Positions 30,261 to 40,229 of a stretch of 64,000 bases of DNA are shown piece by piece. Source of the DNA: Nitrosopumilus sp. Its GTDB lineage: Archaea; Thermoproteota; Nitrososphaeria; Nitrososphaerales; Nitrosopumilaceae. The notes beneath the pieces were generated by a model. The model had not been told where the DNA came from, searched no databases, and saw only the letters and a list, made by a program, of their open reading frames with translations. The stretch is from positions 1,760,001 through 1,824,000 of the forward strand of contig OZ242186.1 of NCBI GenBank assembly GCA_965205675.1, given 5' to 3'. Position 1 is the first letter of the stretch. Each line of letters starts with the position of its first letter. Both the position numbers and the translations under genes were made by a program.

Positions 30261-31319
30261 ATGGATAATATTACAATTGATTCATCACTTAGAACTGTAG
30301 AATGGAAAAACAACAAAGTGATAATGATTGAACAGACCAAATTGCCAAATAAGCTGGTATTTGTAGAATATGATGATTTTAACCAAGTTGCAAATGCAAT
30401 CAAAACTCTGATTGTTAGAGGCGCACCTGCAATTGGAGTCTCTGGAGCGTTTGGATTGGCTTTAGCTGCCTTACAAAGTAAAGCAACATCAAAAGAAGAA
30501 TTATTTTCTGATTTAGAAGATGCAAAAAAAATTCTTTTTGCAACAAGACCAACAGCAATAAACTTGGGATGGGGATTAGAAAAAATCATGAATGTTGCAA
30601 AGACTGGAAACACAGTTGAACAAATTAGAGAACTAATAATTTCTACTGCAAAAAAGATGGCAGATGAAGATATTGAAATAAACAAAGCTATAGGAAAGAA
30701 TGGTTCTATTCTTTTTGATGATAATGACACTATAATGACTCATTGTAATGCTGGTGCGTTAGCTACAGTTGCATATGGAACAGCACTTGGTGTAATAAGA
30801 GCAACAAGAGAGAGTGGAAAAAATATTAAAGTTATAGCAACAGAAACTAGACCAATTCAACAAGGTTCCAGATTGACAGCATTTGAACTAAAACATGATG
30901 GTTTTGATGTTAGTCTAATTCCGGACACTGCTGTAGGATATTCTATGGCAAACGGATTAGTGAATAAGATAGTGGTTGGGGCAGATAGAATTGTGAAAAC
31001 TGGTCATGTGTTTAATAAAATTGGAACATATCAAGTAGCTATGATGGCCAAACAACATGGAATTCCATTTTATGTTGCAGCACCATTATCCACAATTGAT
31101 ATAAAAACAAAAGCTGAAGATGTGGTTATTGAGATGCGTAAAGGATCTGAAGTTACAGGTATTGGAGAGAGAAAGACGGCTCCTGATGATATTGATGTGA
31201 TTAACCCTGCCTTTGATATGACTCCTCCAGAGCTAATTTCTGGGATTATAACTGAAAAAGGTGTTACTATAGCACCTTATGAAGAATCAATTCTAAAATT
31301 ATTTGAAGCTAATAATTAG
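30261..31319 (+). CDS. mtnA: Methylthioribose-1-phosphate isomerase
   Basis: VRGAPAIG, RPTAINL, THCNAGALAT, ETRP, NKIGTY. Confidence 0.95.
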   Translation: MDNITIDSSLRTVEWKNNKVIMIEQTKLPNKLVFVEYDDFNQVANAIKTLIVRGAPAIGVSGAFGLALAALQSKATSKEELFSDLEDAKKILFATRPTAINLGWGLEKIMNVAKTGNTVEQIRELIISTAKKMADEDIEINKAIGKNGSILFDDNDTIMTHCNAGALATVAYGTALGVIRATRESGKNIKVIATETRPIQQGSRLTAFELKHDGFDVSLIPDTAVGYSMANGLVNKIVVGADRIVKTGHVFNKIGTYQVAMMAKQHGIPFYVAAPLSTIDIKTKAEDVVIEMRKGSEVTGIGERKTAPDDIDVINPAFDMTPPELISGIITEKGVTIAPYEESILKLFEANN

Positions 31320-31355
31320 AAAGTTTTTATTGTTTTTCAAACTGTCATTTACAAT

Positions 31356-31994
31356 ATGAGTACTGTTTCTGCACAAGCAATTGAAGAATCTCTTAAACAA
31401 TGCATGGATCCTGAAGTTCCACTAAATATTGTAGAAATGGGGTTAATTTATGGAATTAATGTTACTGAAAATAATGATGTTAATATCAAAATGACCATGA
31501 CTACACAAGGTTGTCCATTACATGAAACTCTAGTTGAGGATGCAACAAGATTTGCTAAAAAAGTTCCTGGAGTAAATAATGTGAAAATAGATATTGTATG
31601 GGAACCTGTGTGGTCCATGGATAAGATGACTGAAGAGGGTAAATTAAAAATCAAGAATATGGGTGCTACTATGAATACGCCTGCACCAGTTAATTATGAA
31701 ACCACACTACCTCAAGGCGTTGGAAAACTAGTACAACAAGAAGATGGTTCAATGGTACTTGCAAATGAACATGAACAAGGATTTATGGTTAATCAAGCAA
31801 TTGTTGATTTCTGGAAATCGTGTAATGGTCAACGTAAAATTACAGATCTAGTTGAAGTGTTTGCCCAACAAACGGGATTACAAAGAAAACAAATTGAAAA
31901 AGAAGTAATGCAACTATTACAACAATTACGTGATGCTGGATTAATTGCAATTGCAGGTCAATCTGATACCCCAAATGTAGAATTTAAAAAATAA
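31356..31994 (+). CDS. Fe-S assembly DUF59/SufT domain fused to PqqD-like domain
   Basis: DPEV..NIV.MGL, TTQGCP, WEPVW; C-terminal wHTH-like region. Confidence 0.8.
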   Translation: MSTVSAQAIEESLKQCMDPEVPLNIVEMGLIYGINVTENNDVNIKMTMTTQGCPLHETLVEDATRFAKKVPGVNNVKIDIVWEPVWSMDKMTEEGKLKIKNMGATMNTPAPVNYETTLPQGVGKLVQQEDGSMVLANEHEQGFMVNQAIVDFWKSCNGQRKITDLVEVFAQQTGLQRKQIEKEVMQLLQQLRDAGLIAIAGQSDTPNVEFKK

Positions 31995-31996
31995 TT

Positions 31997-32644
31997 TTAA
32001 AAAATATAGTTTGAATTAGCACCATCAAAGTTTATTGTAACTCCTGAAAGATATTTTATGTTATTTTGAATTATTGATTTTACAAAGTTACCAATTTCTC
32101 CGGGTTCTCCTAATCTTTTCATGGGTAATGTTTTTTCATATTCTTTTACATTCTCTATTAATTCTTGAGTTCTATCTGTGTTTATAGGACCCGGCGCAAT
32201 GTTAATACAACTAATATTTTTTTGAGCATATTCCTTACTTAGTACTTTGAAAACTTCACTAAATGCAGCTCTATATGCTGATGAGATTATTAATTTTGAA
32301 TTTGGTTCTTTAATTACACTAGAACTAACTACAAAGATGTATCCACCATCATTAATTTTGATATTTTGGAGAATTGTGATAAATCCCAAAAATAATTGAT
32401 TATGATATATTTTCCAATCTTCTTCAGTAATTGTAAGAAATGGTTTAGGTTCAGGCCCACCTGTGTTTAAAATTAAAATATCTGTATGAGTATTTTTTTT
32501 TAAAAATTCTTTTACGCTATCTAAATTTGATGTATCAATGTCATTTTTTGATGTTGCTAAAACATCAATATCTAGTGTTTTTAGTGAATCGGATATAGCT
32601 TTTCCTATTCCTCTTGAACCTCCAAGAATAATCGCACCAGCCAT
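31997..32644 (-). CDS. SDR oxidoreductase
   Basis: GGSRGIG, NTGGP, PGPINT. Confidence 0.85.
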   Translation of the reverse strand: MAGAIILGGSRGIGKAISDSLKTLDIDVLATSKNDIDTSNLDSVKEFLKKNTHTDILILNTGGPEPKPFLTITEEDWKIYHNQLFLGFITILQNIKINDGGYIFVVSSSVIKEPNSKLIISSAYRAAFSEVFKVLSKEYAQKNISCINIAPGPINTDRTQELIENVKEYEKTLPMKRLGEPGEIGNFVKSIIQNNIKYLSGVTINFDGANSNYIF

Positions 32645-32667
32645 ACAATTCTCTAAAAACTTGATAA

Positions 32668-32928
32668 TTAAATTTCTTTAATTTCTGTAATCGTACCTAG
32701 CACTGAATCCATTCTAACAATTGCTTTTTTTTCATCCCATCCTAATGCAACATACCAATCGCCAGCGTCATCATGATATTTTGTTTCTAGAGTTTGGATA
32801 TTCTCAGGCTTAATATCATATTTTCTTGCAATACTTGAAATACCTAATGCAATTGCATCTCTTTCTTTCTCCAAGCGTCTTTTCATTAATCCTATTCCTG
32901 GATTCATAATTCCCTTAGGATATTTCAT
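32668..32928 (-). CDS. Hypothetical protein
   Basis: 86-aa ORF. Confidence 0.65.
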   Translation of the reverse strand: MKYPKGIMNPGIGLMKRRLEKERDAIALGISSIARKYDIKPENIQTLETKYHDDAGDWYVALGWDEKKAIVRMDSVLGTITEIKEI

Positions 32929-33026
32929 CTAATATACTTAATTCATAAAATTAGCCACAACATGGATTTTTTCTAATTAATAACATTACAATATTTCAAA
33001 TACTTCTATCATATTGTAGAAATAAA

Positions 33027-33620
33027 ATGAAACTAATTCAAAGACTTTCAAATTCAAAAATTGCCCAATCCAACACACTAATTTCTCTAGTATCAATTTT
33101 AGCAGTAATTGGTCCAATTGTGATTGTCTCAGCTGGATTTTGGGATGCAATCTCTCATCTTCAAAAAGAGCCGGAATTTTTCTGGAGTCCCTCACATATT
33201 GTAGTATACTTTGGAGTTTCATTGACCACTTGCGCTGCAATTATGGGTTCTATGCTTATACTTAGAAAATCAGTTTATGGTTCTCTTAAAACTGGAATTA
33301 AACTAGTAATTGTAGGTTCTATCTTGCAGATCGTCTCAGGTTTTGCTGATTCTTTATCTCATGATTTTTTTGGCATTGATGGATTAATCTCTTGGTCTCA
33401 TCAACCATTAGAATTAGGATTAGTTCTTGCATCACTAGGAGCAGTTTTAATATTAAAAAATAGAGAACATACTAAACTAAAATTATTTTTACCTTTTTCA
33501 ATAATTGCTTTTTTGTTTTTTACAACTTGGTTGTTATTTAATTTTGTATTAATTTTTGGTCATACAGTTCAATGTATTCAGATTTATGAAATATTTTCTT
33601 CTGGCTGTTCTATATTGTAA
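33027..33620 (+). CDS. Membrane protein with two D-x3-H...H motifs
   Basis: WDAISH...SPSH and ADSLSH...SWSH; multi-TM. Confidence 0.75.
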   Translation: MKLIQRLSNSKIAQSNTLISLVSILAVIGPIVIVSAGFWDAISHLQKEPEFFWSPSHIVVYFGVSLTTCAAIMGSMLILRKSVYGSLKTGIKLVIVGSILQIVSGFADSLSHDFFGIDGLISWSHQPLELGLVLASLGAVLILKNREHTKLKLFLPFSIIAFLFFTTWLLFNFVLIFGHTVQCIQIYEIFSSGCSIL

Positions 33621-34075
33621 TTTTTTATTTTTAAATATGATATTATCATTATAACAATAGCACCAACCAAAATCATAACTCCTGAAAATTGCATCTTTTG
33701 AGAATTTGTATTTCCAAATTCTATTTGTATATCAATTGGGTTTTTTGCAATATTTGTAATTTTTACAGTATATTCTCCATCTCCATCAAAATCAAAATAT
33801 CCTACGGACATTTTTGTTTGAATCATTTGCTCTTGAATTATATTATCTTTCAAATCTAATATTTGAACAAAAATCTTTTCCCCTGTAAATTCATGTATGT
33901 ATAATTTGTAATACCCTATATCTGTACCAAAAAACGTTGATTTTACTTGAATAGAATTTGATTCTTTTAACATGATTGTTTCATGTGTTTTCTCTGTTTC
34001 ATCAAAAATAAATACGGTCCAAATTATTCCTAGAATTACTAATACTAATCCGATTTTGAATGGTGATAATAGCAT
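33584..34075 (-). CDS. Two-TM protein with extracytoplasmic beta domain
   Basis: N- and C-terminal TMs. Confidence 0.65.
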   Translation of the reverse strand: MLLSPFKIGLVLVILGIIWTVFIFDETEKTHETIMLKESNSIQVKSTFFGTDIGYYKLYIHEFTGEKIFVQILDLKDNIIQEQMIQTKMSVGYFDFDGDGEYTVKITNIAKNPIDIQIEFGNTNSQKMQFSGVMILVGAIVIMIISYLKIKNYNIEQPEENIS

Positions 34076-34331
34076 TCCATCATGCTGAGAAATTATTTAC
34101 TTAATAAGATAGTCGATACAAAAGTGATTAGATTAAAAGAAATTTTTTACTAAAAATAGAGATATTATTGTATCAAGACTAAATGTATTTGATACGATAA
34201 CATTCAAGTTTTTTTAATTGATTAGAACAAAAAAATCTAGATCGCATATTGGAACACCCTAAACCAATTATTCTAGAATGTCAATAATTACAACACACGA
34301 ATTTTATTTTATAATTTGAAGATGAAAATTC

Positions 34332-34417
34332 GTCAGGGTCGCCAAGTTAGGTATGGCGTGGTATTGAAAACACCATTATCTTCCCCGATATCATGGATTC
34401 GAATCCCATCCCTGACG
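34332..34417 (+). tRNA. Atypical tRNA: Ser-type body with GAA anticodon (possible pseudo-tRNA)
   Basis: 7-bp acceptor, 4-bp D stem, loop TTGAAAA, long variable arm, G73; A.C mismatches at 31-39 and 53-61. Confidence 0.7.
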
Positions 34418-34532
34418 GGTTTTATAATACCCATTAAATTATTAATCATAAAAAGATTTGTGAGTTATTAGGCTTGAAAATTATTACAATTAGATCGCAA
34501 TAGATTAGTAATCAAAATCATCATAACAAATT

Positions 34533-34829
34533 ATGGCAGATAAAATAACTGTAAGTGATCTCAAAGCACAAAAAGAAAACTTTGTTATCTTAGACGTAAG
34601 AGAATTTGATGAATTAGAATCTGGAAAAATTAAAGATTCTAAACATATGCCATTAGGTCTAGTGATTAGAAATGTCAAGAAAGAGCAGATTAACGACTTG
34701 AAAGATAAGAAAATCTGTACTTATTGTGCAAGTGGTTACAGGGGAAACATTGCAGCTGATGAACTAAACAAAGGTGGCTTTAATGCAATAACCCTTGAAG
34801 GTGGATTTCCATCATGGAACCAATCTTAA
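34533..34829 (+). CDS. Rhodanese-domain protein
   Basis: LDVRE, YCASGYR, LEGG..W. Confidence 0.88.
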   Translation: MADKITVSDLKAQKENFVILDVREFDELESGKIKDSKHMPLGLVIRNVKKEQINDLKDKKICTYCASGYRGNIAADELNKGGFNAITLEGGFPSWNQS

Positions 34830-34839
34830 TTTCCTTTTT

Positions 34840-35079
34840 TTAATCACCCAAAAAATATTCTTTGTCAATTTCCTTAATTTTTATTGTCTTCTTTACTTTA
34901 ATTCCCACATTATTTTCAATCATGTATCTAACTAATTGTTTACCGTTTATCAACACAATATTTTTTTCAGATTTTGTTATATCCTCATAGGCTTCTTTGG
35001 AAAAATTAGAAGTTGTAATGAATATTCCTTTTCTAGATTTCTTTAAATAATTTGTTATCCTCAAAAGCCTAGTTTTCAT
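34840..35079 (-). pseudogene. mrr: Mrr endonuclease C-terminal fragment
   Basis: KGIFITTSNFS...IVLINGKQL...ENNVG...IDKEYF. Confidence 0.8.
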
Positions 35080-35558
35080 TTCTTTAACAGTTTTCTAATT
35101 ACCAAGGATTTATACAATAAAATTCCTCCAATAGAGAATTCAACAATGGATGTTATTAACGATAAAAGTAACCAAACTAAAATGCGTGGCTGACTATAAT
35201 CAATTAGAGGGGGTGTTGTTGTCAAAGTCTGTAGAAATGAAACTAGATTAGTAATGCCAAAAAATATCAACGATCCTGCCAATGCCAAAATAAAATACGG
35301 CCTCCTAGGAATGTTTTTTCTTTTTAGAATAAAATACAGTACTGGAAATAATAATAATACTGCAACACCCAATGAATAGCCTTCTGATATTACAGCACCA
35401 ATGACGCTGATTGCTAGCTGTTCCATTCCTTCTGGAGTACCAGTCCATGCTCCGATACCGTCTCCAGCATACCAAACGTGTGGGCTAGCTAATATATCAG
35501 TCATCCCAGAAATCTGTATAAGAAAGACGGTGCTGATAATCAAAAGTATAATTTTCAT
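35076..35558 (-). CDS. Multi-TM membrane protein between the two mrr fragments
   Basis: Signal peptide/TM plus about 3 TMs; ATGA overlaps at both ends. Confidence 0.65.
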   Translation of the reverse strand: MKIILLIISTVFLIQISGMTDILASPHVWYAGDGIGAWTGTPEGMEQLAISVIGAVISEGYSLGVAVLLLFPVLYFILKRKNIPRRPYFILALAGSLIFFGITNLVSFLQTLTTTPPLIDYSQPRILVWLLLSLITSIVEFSIGGILLYKSLVIRKLLKK

Positions 35559-35998
35559 CTTTTTAAAAAATCATTAATAAGAATATTATTGATTTGAGAA
35601 AGTCCATCATCAATAAAATCTTCTGGAGATTTACCACTATCAAATAATTCAGTTGATGTTGCTGATGATTCTAATTCATTTGATTCTTCAAATTGAAGTA
35701 AAAATTTTCTGTTAATTTTCAATGGTTTTTGTTTTAATATACTTAAACCTCTAGTTGAAATTTTGAATGTTACTCGTTGTTTTTCTAAAATACTAGCTCG
35801 TGTTAGATAAAATTTAGCCCATCCAATTCTATTATAGAGGTAATTTCCTCCTGACGGGCGTTCTTTTTCTATATCTTCTTGTTGTAAATCAAAATAATTT
35901 ATCAGATAATCCATTACTTCAGAATATTTTTTTTCATTATTATCACCTAAAAAATCTACAAGAGGTAGCATAATATCTTCAAAAGTAGGAAGAGACAT
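35555..35998 (-). pseudogene. mrr: Mrr N-terminal (Mrr_N) fragment
   Basis: LPTFEDIMLPL, NRIGWAKFYL, SPEDFI motifs. Confidence 0.85.
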
Positions 35999-36033
35999 AA
36001 TTTAGGAAAAATCAAGAAAGATATGAATATTTA

Positions 36034-36291
36034 CTATTTCGTCTTGCTACAGGATTCATGAATCCAAACACCTTTAGAATTTCTTACGATTTTGTCCTTT
36101 TTTACAACTATCTTTAACTTACAAACCTTGCATATTCCGTCAAACTTTGCTAAGATTGGTTTGCTAGAATATTGTTTCACATTATTTCCTCTAGGTCTAA
36201 AATACTGGCACTCTTTACATTTTGTACACTTGTTAGGAATTCCTGTACTGTGGTATTTATCAACATGTCCACAAAAGCAGATTATTACCAA
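36034..36291 (-). CDS. Double zinc-finger small protein
   Basis: CxCGH...H...CxxCxxC and CxxC...HxxC. Confidence 0.6.
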   Translation of the reverse strand: MVIICFCGHVDKYHSTGIPNKCTKCKECQYFRPRGNNVKQYSSKPILAKFDGICKVCKLKIVVKKDKIVRNSKGVWIHESCSKTK

Positions 36292-36550
36292 TAATTCTAA
36301 GAATCTTGCTAAAAATATATGGTTTACAAATTGTGATATTTTTGAATTAAACTGCAGTAACTCTTGATAGAATAACTATGGTCCTATTGCTACAAGTATC
36401 AGTAGTTCTTAGTAATGGAACTTGATACTTTTCCAAGCCTCTCAAAAAATTAGCAAAATATCCATAGTATCAAATCTTACCAAAATATCAAATTTCCAAT
36501 AATCCTAACTAGGATTCTTGGAATTTCTAACGCCTATGACATTGCATTAG

Positions 36551-36829
36551 TTTGCATGGAAAAAAACTTGAAAATAACTTGAAATTGCATGAAAATAACT
36601 AATATGCGACTATGAGTTTGCATGACTAGACTTTTTTGCATTTCATGTGCCTATTTTTTTGCATTTCATGTGCCTATTTTTCCAAGCCATGTAAGGTCAT
36701 GCAAATTCATGCAAACTTGAATAATTTCATGCAAAGTAGGTAATTCATGCAAAGTTGAATAAATTCAAGCAAAGTATACAATTCATGCAAAGTTGAATAA
36801 ATTCAAGCAAAGTATACAATTCATGCAAC
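36551..36829. repeat. Iteron-like TCA(T/A)GCAAA array with orientation switch
   Basis: Eight forward motifs 36697-36828, inverted TTGCAT motifs 36551-36666; 38-bp and 23-bp tandem duplications. Confidence 0.85.
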
Positions 36830-36923
36830 TATCTAACTAGGTCTAGTATCATCTATTGCAGTAAGTCTAGTTTTAATGGTATGATAGATTCTTTTTTTGG
36901 TTAGATAGTATCAAATTCTAATA

Positions 36924-37850
36924 TTGTCATATAATATCAATGATAAAAGCGATAGAGAATTACTAATTACTCTACTTGGTGATATTCAGTTAGTAAAAAA
37001 GAAATTAGATATTGAAGAGAATAGATTTTGTACTATCGCAAACTATGAAATCGAACTATCAAGGTATGAAGAATTTGCCATAAATACATTAGACCTCAAT
37101 CCTGGAACTATAAAGAATCATACAATAGCAATAAAGAAATTCCTAGAGTTTTCAAAAGGTGAGGTAAACTATGACATTACAAAAGAGTATCTTGATTCAT
37201 CAGATAGTAAATCTCAAGCAAATATTCTAAAGTCATTAAGACGGTTCATTAGGGATTACCTAAAACTTGGAAACTGGATTAATGAGATACAGTTCAAGAC
37301 AGAAAAGACCAAACTCAAGACTGAAAAACTATCAAACAACAAAGAACTGTCTGTATTTTGTTCAGAAATTCAAACATTGGAAATTCAAGTTATATTTTTA
37401 ATTTGCTTTAATTCTGGATTGAGAATAAATGAAGTCTTACAAATAGAACGAGATAAGATAAATTATGATTTGAATTGTATTGATGTTTCAGATATTCATC
37501 AAGGCGGTACTAAATCCTCTTGGTATGGATTTTTCACAGAGCAAACTAAAGAATATCTACAAAGTCATATTGAGAATAGTTTCATAGATGATAAAATATT
37601 TGACGTGTCGTATGATCAAGTTTATGCGGAATTCAAAAGAGTAAGTGAGATTACAAAAATTGAGTTAACGCCAAAATCATTAAGGACTATTTTTGTTGAA
37701 AGGTGTATTGATTGTAAGATAGATAAGAATGTCATTGATATTTTTGAAGGTCGAATCCCTAAAGGTGTTCAATCAAGGATTTATAGAAACTATTCCTCCC
37801 AAAGACTAAAAGAACATTACAATAAGGTTGAAGAATCTCTAACTTTGTGA
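36924..37850 (+). CDS. Tyrosine recombinase/integrase with SSV1/pTN3-like catalytic signature
   Basis: SGLRINE, PKSLR (K for H), FEGR, RIY. Confidence 0.88.
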   Translation: MSYNINDKSDRELLITLLGDIQLVKKKLDIEENRFCTIANYEIELSRYEEFAINTLDLNPGTIKNHTIAIKKFLEFSKGEVNYDITKEYLDSSDSKSQANILKSLRRFIRDYLKLGNWINEIQFKTEKTKLKTEKLSNNKELSVFCSEIQTLEIQVIFLICFNSGLRINEVLQIERDKINYDLNCIDVSDIHQGGTKSSWYGFFTEQTKEYLQSHIENSFIDDKIFDVSYDQVYAEFKRVSEITKIELTPKSLRTIFVERCIDCKIDKNVIDIFEGRIPKGVQSRIYRNYSSQRLKEHYNKVEESLTL

Positions 37851-37860
37851 TTTGAAAAAA

Positions 37861-38100
37861 TTATGTTCTAAACACTGTATCAAATTCTTGTTCAAACTGT
37901 TTTAGTGTAATGTTTAATTTCTTTAGTATCTGTTCAACATAAATATCACTCATTTTATTTGTTTTTTTAATTATAATTTTCTGTTCGTTGTATTTGATTG
38001 AAAACATTGAATCAATTCTAGACCAAACAACATTAAGATTAAATGATTCATCGAGAACTCTAATAAATTGATACCAATTGTAATGTTTGCTAAAAGCCAA
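37861..38100 (-). CDS. Divergent HicA-like protein
   Basis: Size, QILKKLNITLKQF end, adjacency to HicB-like gene; no GSH motif. Confidence 0.5.
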   Translation of the reverse strand: MAFSKHYNWYQFIRVLDESFNLNVVWSRIDSMFSIKYNEQKIIIKKTNKMSDIYVEQILKKLNITLKQFEQEFDTVFRT

Positions 38101-38102
38101 TA

Positions 38103-38312
38103 TTATGCAGGAATTTCAATAGAAATCATATCGCTTATCATTGTAGGGTTTTCAATTATACAAGCACCTAATGCAGTAGTAATATCAGTTTTCAACTGCT
38201 CTATATTTGATGATTCTACTACAATAGGCAAATTCTCAACTATTCCTACCATTCCTTGACCGCTATCAATAATTGTAATATCCAATGCACCTTTACCGGT
38301 TATTGTCTTCAT
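38103..38312 (-). CDS. HicB-like antitoxin (short form)
   Basis: VENLPIVVESSNIEQLKTDITTAL pattern. Confidence 0.55.
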   Translation of the reverse strand: MKTITGKGALDITIIDSGQGMVGIVENLPIVVESSNIEQLKTDITTALGACIIENPTMISDMISIEIPA

Positions 38313-38432
38313 GTTATATTATGATGTAATAGAGCTTATAATCATAATGATCAATTCCATGCCTAAAATCATTTGTTTATTTTGAGTTTTATCTAAATCA
38401 AAGAATTAAAAAATAATCTCGTGAAAATAAAA

Positions 38433-38463
38433 AATAGAAAGTAGAATATTCTACTTTTCTATT
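38433..38463. terminator. Near-perfect palindrome, possible terminator
   Basis: AATAGAAAGTAGAAT/ATTCTACTTTTCTATT at the end of the SSB-like gene. Confidence 0.45.
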
Positions 38464-38779
38464 ACGGTTTGTTTCTTCATCAGTTCTTCTCTGTTTACAT
38501 TGATTGTGTATTTTTCCCTACCGTATGAACTGGGTACTATTGGTATCTCTTTGCCTGTCATTTTGATAGTCTCTGATCCGGACTTGTCAATTAATGCGTT
38601 CTTACATTGTTTGTTTAGTGTCCAGTTGGCAAGTGTCTTGTTTTTATCATTGCATGGAACCCTAGCTACTACGTTTCTTGAAAATCCGTTCTCAGGAATT
38701 TTTGGCTCTTGAATTATAACAAGTTTGGTATGTTGTTTTCCTTGACAAACAGGCCGTCTAGTTCTCTCTCTATCTCCAA
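38451..38779 (-). pseudogene. Virus-type SSB/OB-fold-like gene, frameshifted
   Basis: TTG after GGTGA; WTLNKQCKNALIDKSGSETIKMTGKEIPI pattern; one frameshift near 38730. Confidence 0.45.
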
Positions 38780-39004
38780 CTGATCACCCCCTCTTACTTT
38801 GCATAAGTTAGATTTGGTTTGTGTTGTAATTTTTTCAGATATTAGACAATAGTTCTCTAGTGTAAAATTGATTGAAGTTCTTGTAGATGTTATTTTTCTA
38901 TGTGATATGGAATGATGTCTTGATGATTGCTCCATTGTACCAAAACATCTAGAACATTTTCTACATTCCATAACATCAAAACCAAACAAGTCAACTTGTT
39001 TCAT
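38714..39004 (-). CDS. C2H2 zinc-finger protein
   Basis: CSRCF...HHSISH. Confidence 0.55.
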   Translation of the reverse strand: MKQVDLFGFDVMECRKCSRCFGTMEQSSRHHSISHRKITSTRTSINFTLENYCLISEKITTQTKSNLCKVRGGDQLEIERELDGLFVKENNIPNLL

Positions 39005-39156
39005 TTTTCAGAATCCTCAAAAAGTTTAGACTGTAATAGACATTGTTTCTCGTGTTTGTCTTGTTGTTCTCGTGTTTTGTTGTTTAGTGATTTATTGCAT
39101 CTAGTACAGATTGAGTTTTTTGTAGTTCCCGAATATTGGGAGTGATTGGTTTTCAA
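39001..39156 (-). CDS. 51-aa C2HC zinc-finger protein (possibly 5'-truncated by IS)
   Basis: Manual translation CTRCNKSLNNKTREQQDKHEKQC; ATGA overlap with next gene. Confidence 0.55.
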   Translation of the reverse strand: MKTNHSQYSGTTKNSICTRCNKSLNNKTREQQDKHEKQCLLQSKLFEDSEK

Positions 39157-39157
39157 T

Positions 39158-40229
39158 AGACCTCTTGCGTAATTAGACATATTTTACCATATTACACAAA
39201 TTCCTTCACAGCAAGATCCAAAGCTAAGAACAACTTAACACATTTCATGTTAACATACAAGCAACTCTCAAAAAAGCCAAAATCCCTTCTCTCTTTTACT
39301 GGAGTGACTAGGCAACAGTTTGATGTGATTCTAAAGGATGTCAGAAAGAATCACCGTATAGAAGAAAAGAAGAGACTATCCAAAGCAAAGAGAAAAAGAA
39401 GTATCGGAGCTGGGCGAAAGTTTGATTTGAGTCTTGAAGACCAGCTTGTAATGTTGTTTGTTTACTATCGGATGTACCTGACATGTGAATTGACAGGATA
39501 TCTGTTTGGATTAGACCAGAGCAACGTCTACAGAAACATCAGATATTTAGAGCCTGCAGTAAGAAAAACAGTTCCTATTCCTGCAAAACTATACTCTGAT
39601 TCTAAAAAAATAAATGATGTACAGCAACTCCAACTGTTCTTTCCTGAATTAATTGCAATGACTGATGGGACAGAGCAGCAAATCCCAAGACCCCAGAACA
39701 AAAAGAAAAGATCCACTATTCAGGCAAAAAGAAAAAACACACAATAAAAAACCAAACACCGTAAACCAGAAAGGTGAGATAATCCACAAACCCCCACATT
39801 CTCCAGGTAACATGATTATGCCATACTGAAAATCAGACATCCAGAACTGCCCGAAGATGTGATGATATTTTATGACCTTGGGTATTTGGGAGTGGAAAAA
39901 GATTTCCCAGAACAGACAAGCATTCTACCATACAAGAAAAAGAAAGGAAAAAAACTGACCATACATCAAAAGGAATGGAACAAGATACAGTCAAGAATCC
40001 GAATAAAAGTAGAACATATTATCTCTCAAATCAAAAAGTTTAGGATTAATTCTGAGACATTTAGGAATAGATTGTGCAGGTATGATGCAATAAGTGACAT
40101 CGTATGTGGAATTGTGAATTTCAAGACAAGATGGAAGCAAGAGCTTGTTGTGATTCCATAAGATTAGAAATTATTTGAAATTAAATTCAATGAAAGATAA
40201 GATTTTGTTTGTAATTACGCAAGAGGTCT
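39158..40229 (+). mobile_element. IS5-family (DDE_Tnp_4/ISL2-like) element, copy 1, frameshifted
   Basis: TIR AGACCTCTTGCGTAATTA, AAT flanks; DGTEQ, DLGYLG, RIKVEH motifs. Confidence 0.92.

Noticed and set aside
34331-34418. 8/4 allo-tRNA or tRNA-Sec fold
   Set aside because: An eighth acceptor pair is possible, but the T-arm is a 5-bp stem with a mismatch rather than a true 4-bp stem, and the anticodon is not TCA
36697-36829. CRISPR array
   Set aside because: Units are adjacent tandem repeats without unique spacers; no cas genes
39247-40161. Programmed frameshift in the IS5 transposase
   Set aside because: Several indels that differ between the two copies point to decay or polishing error
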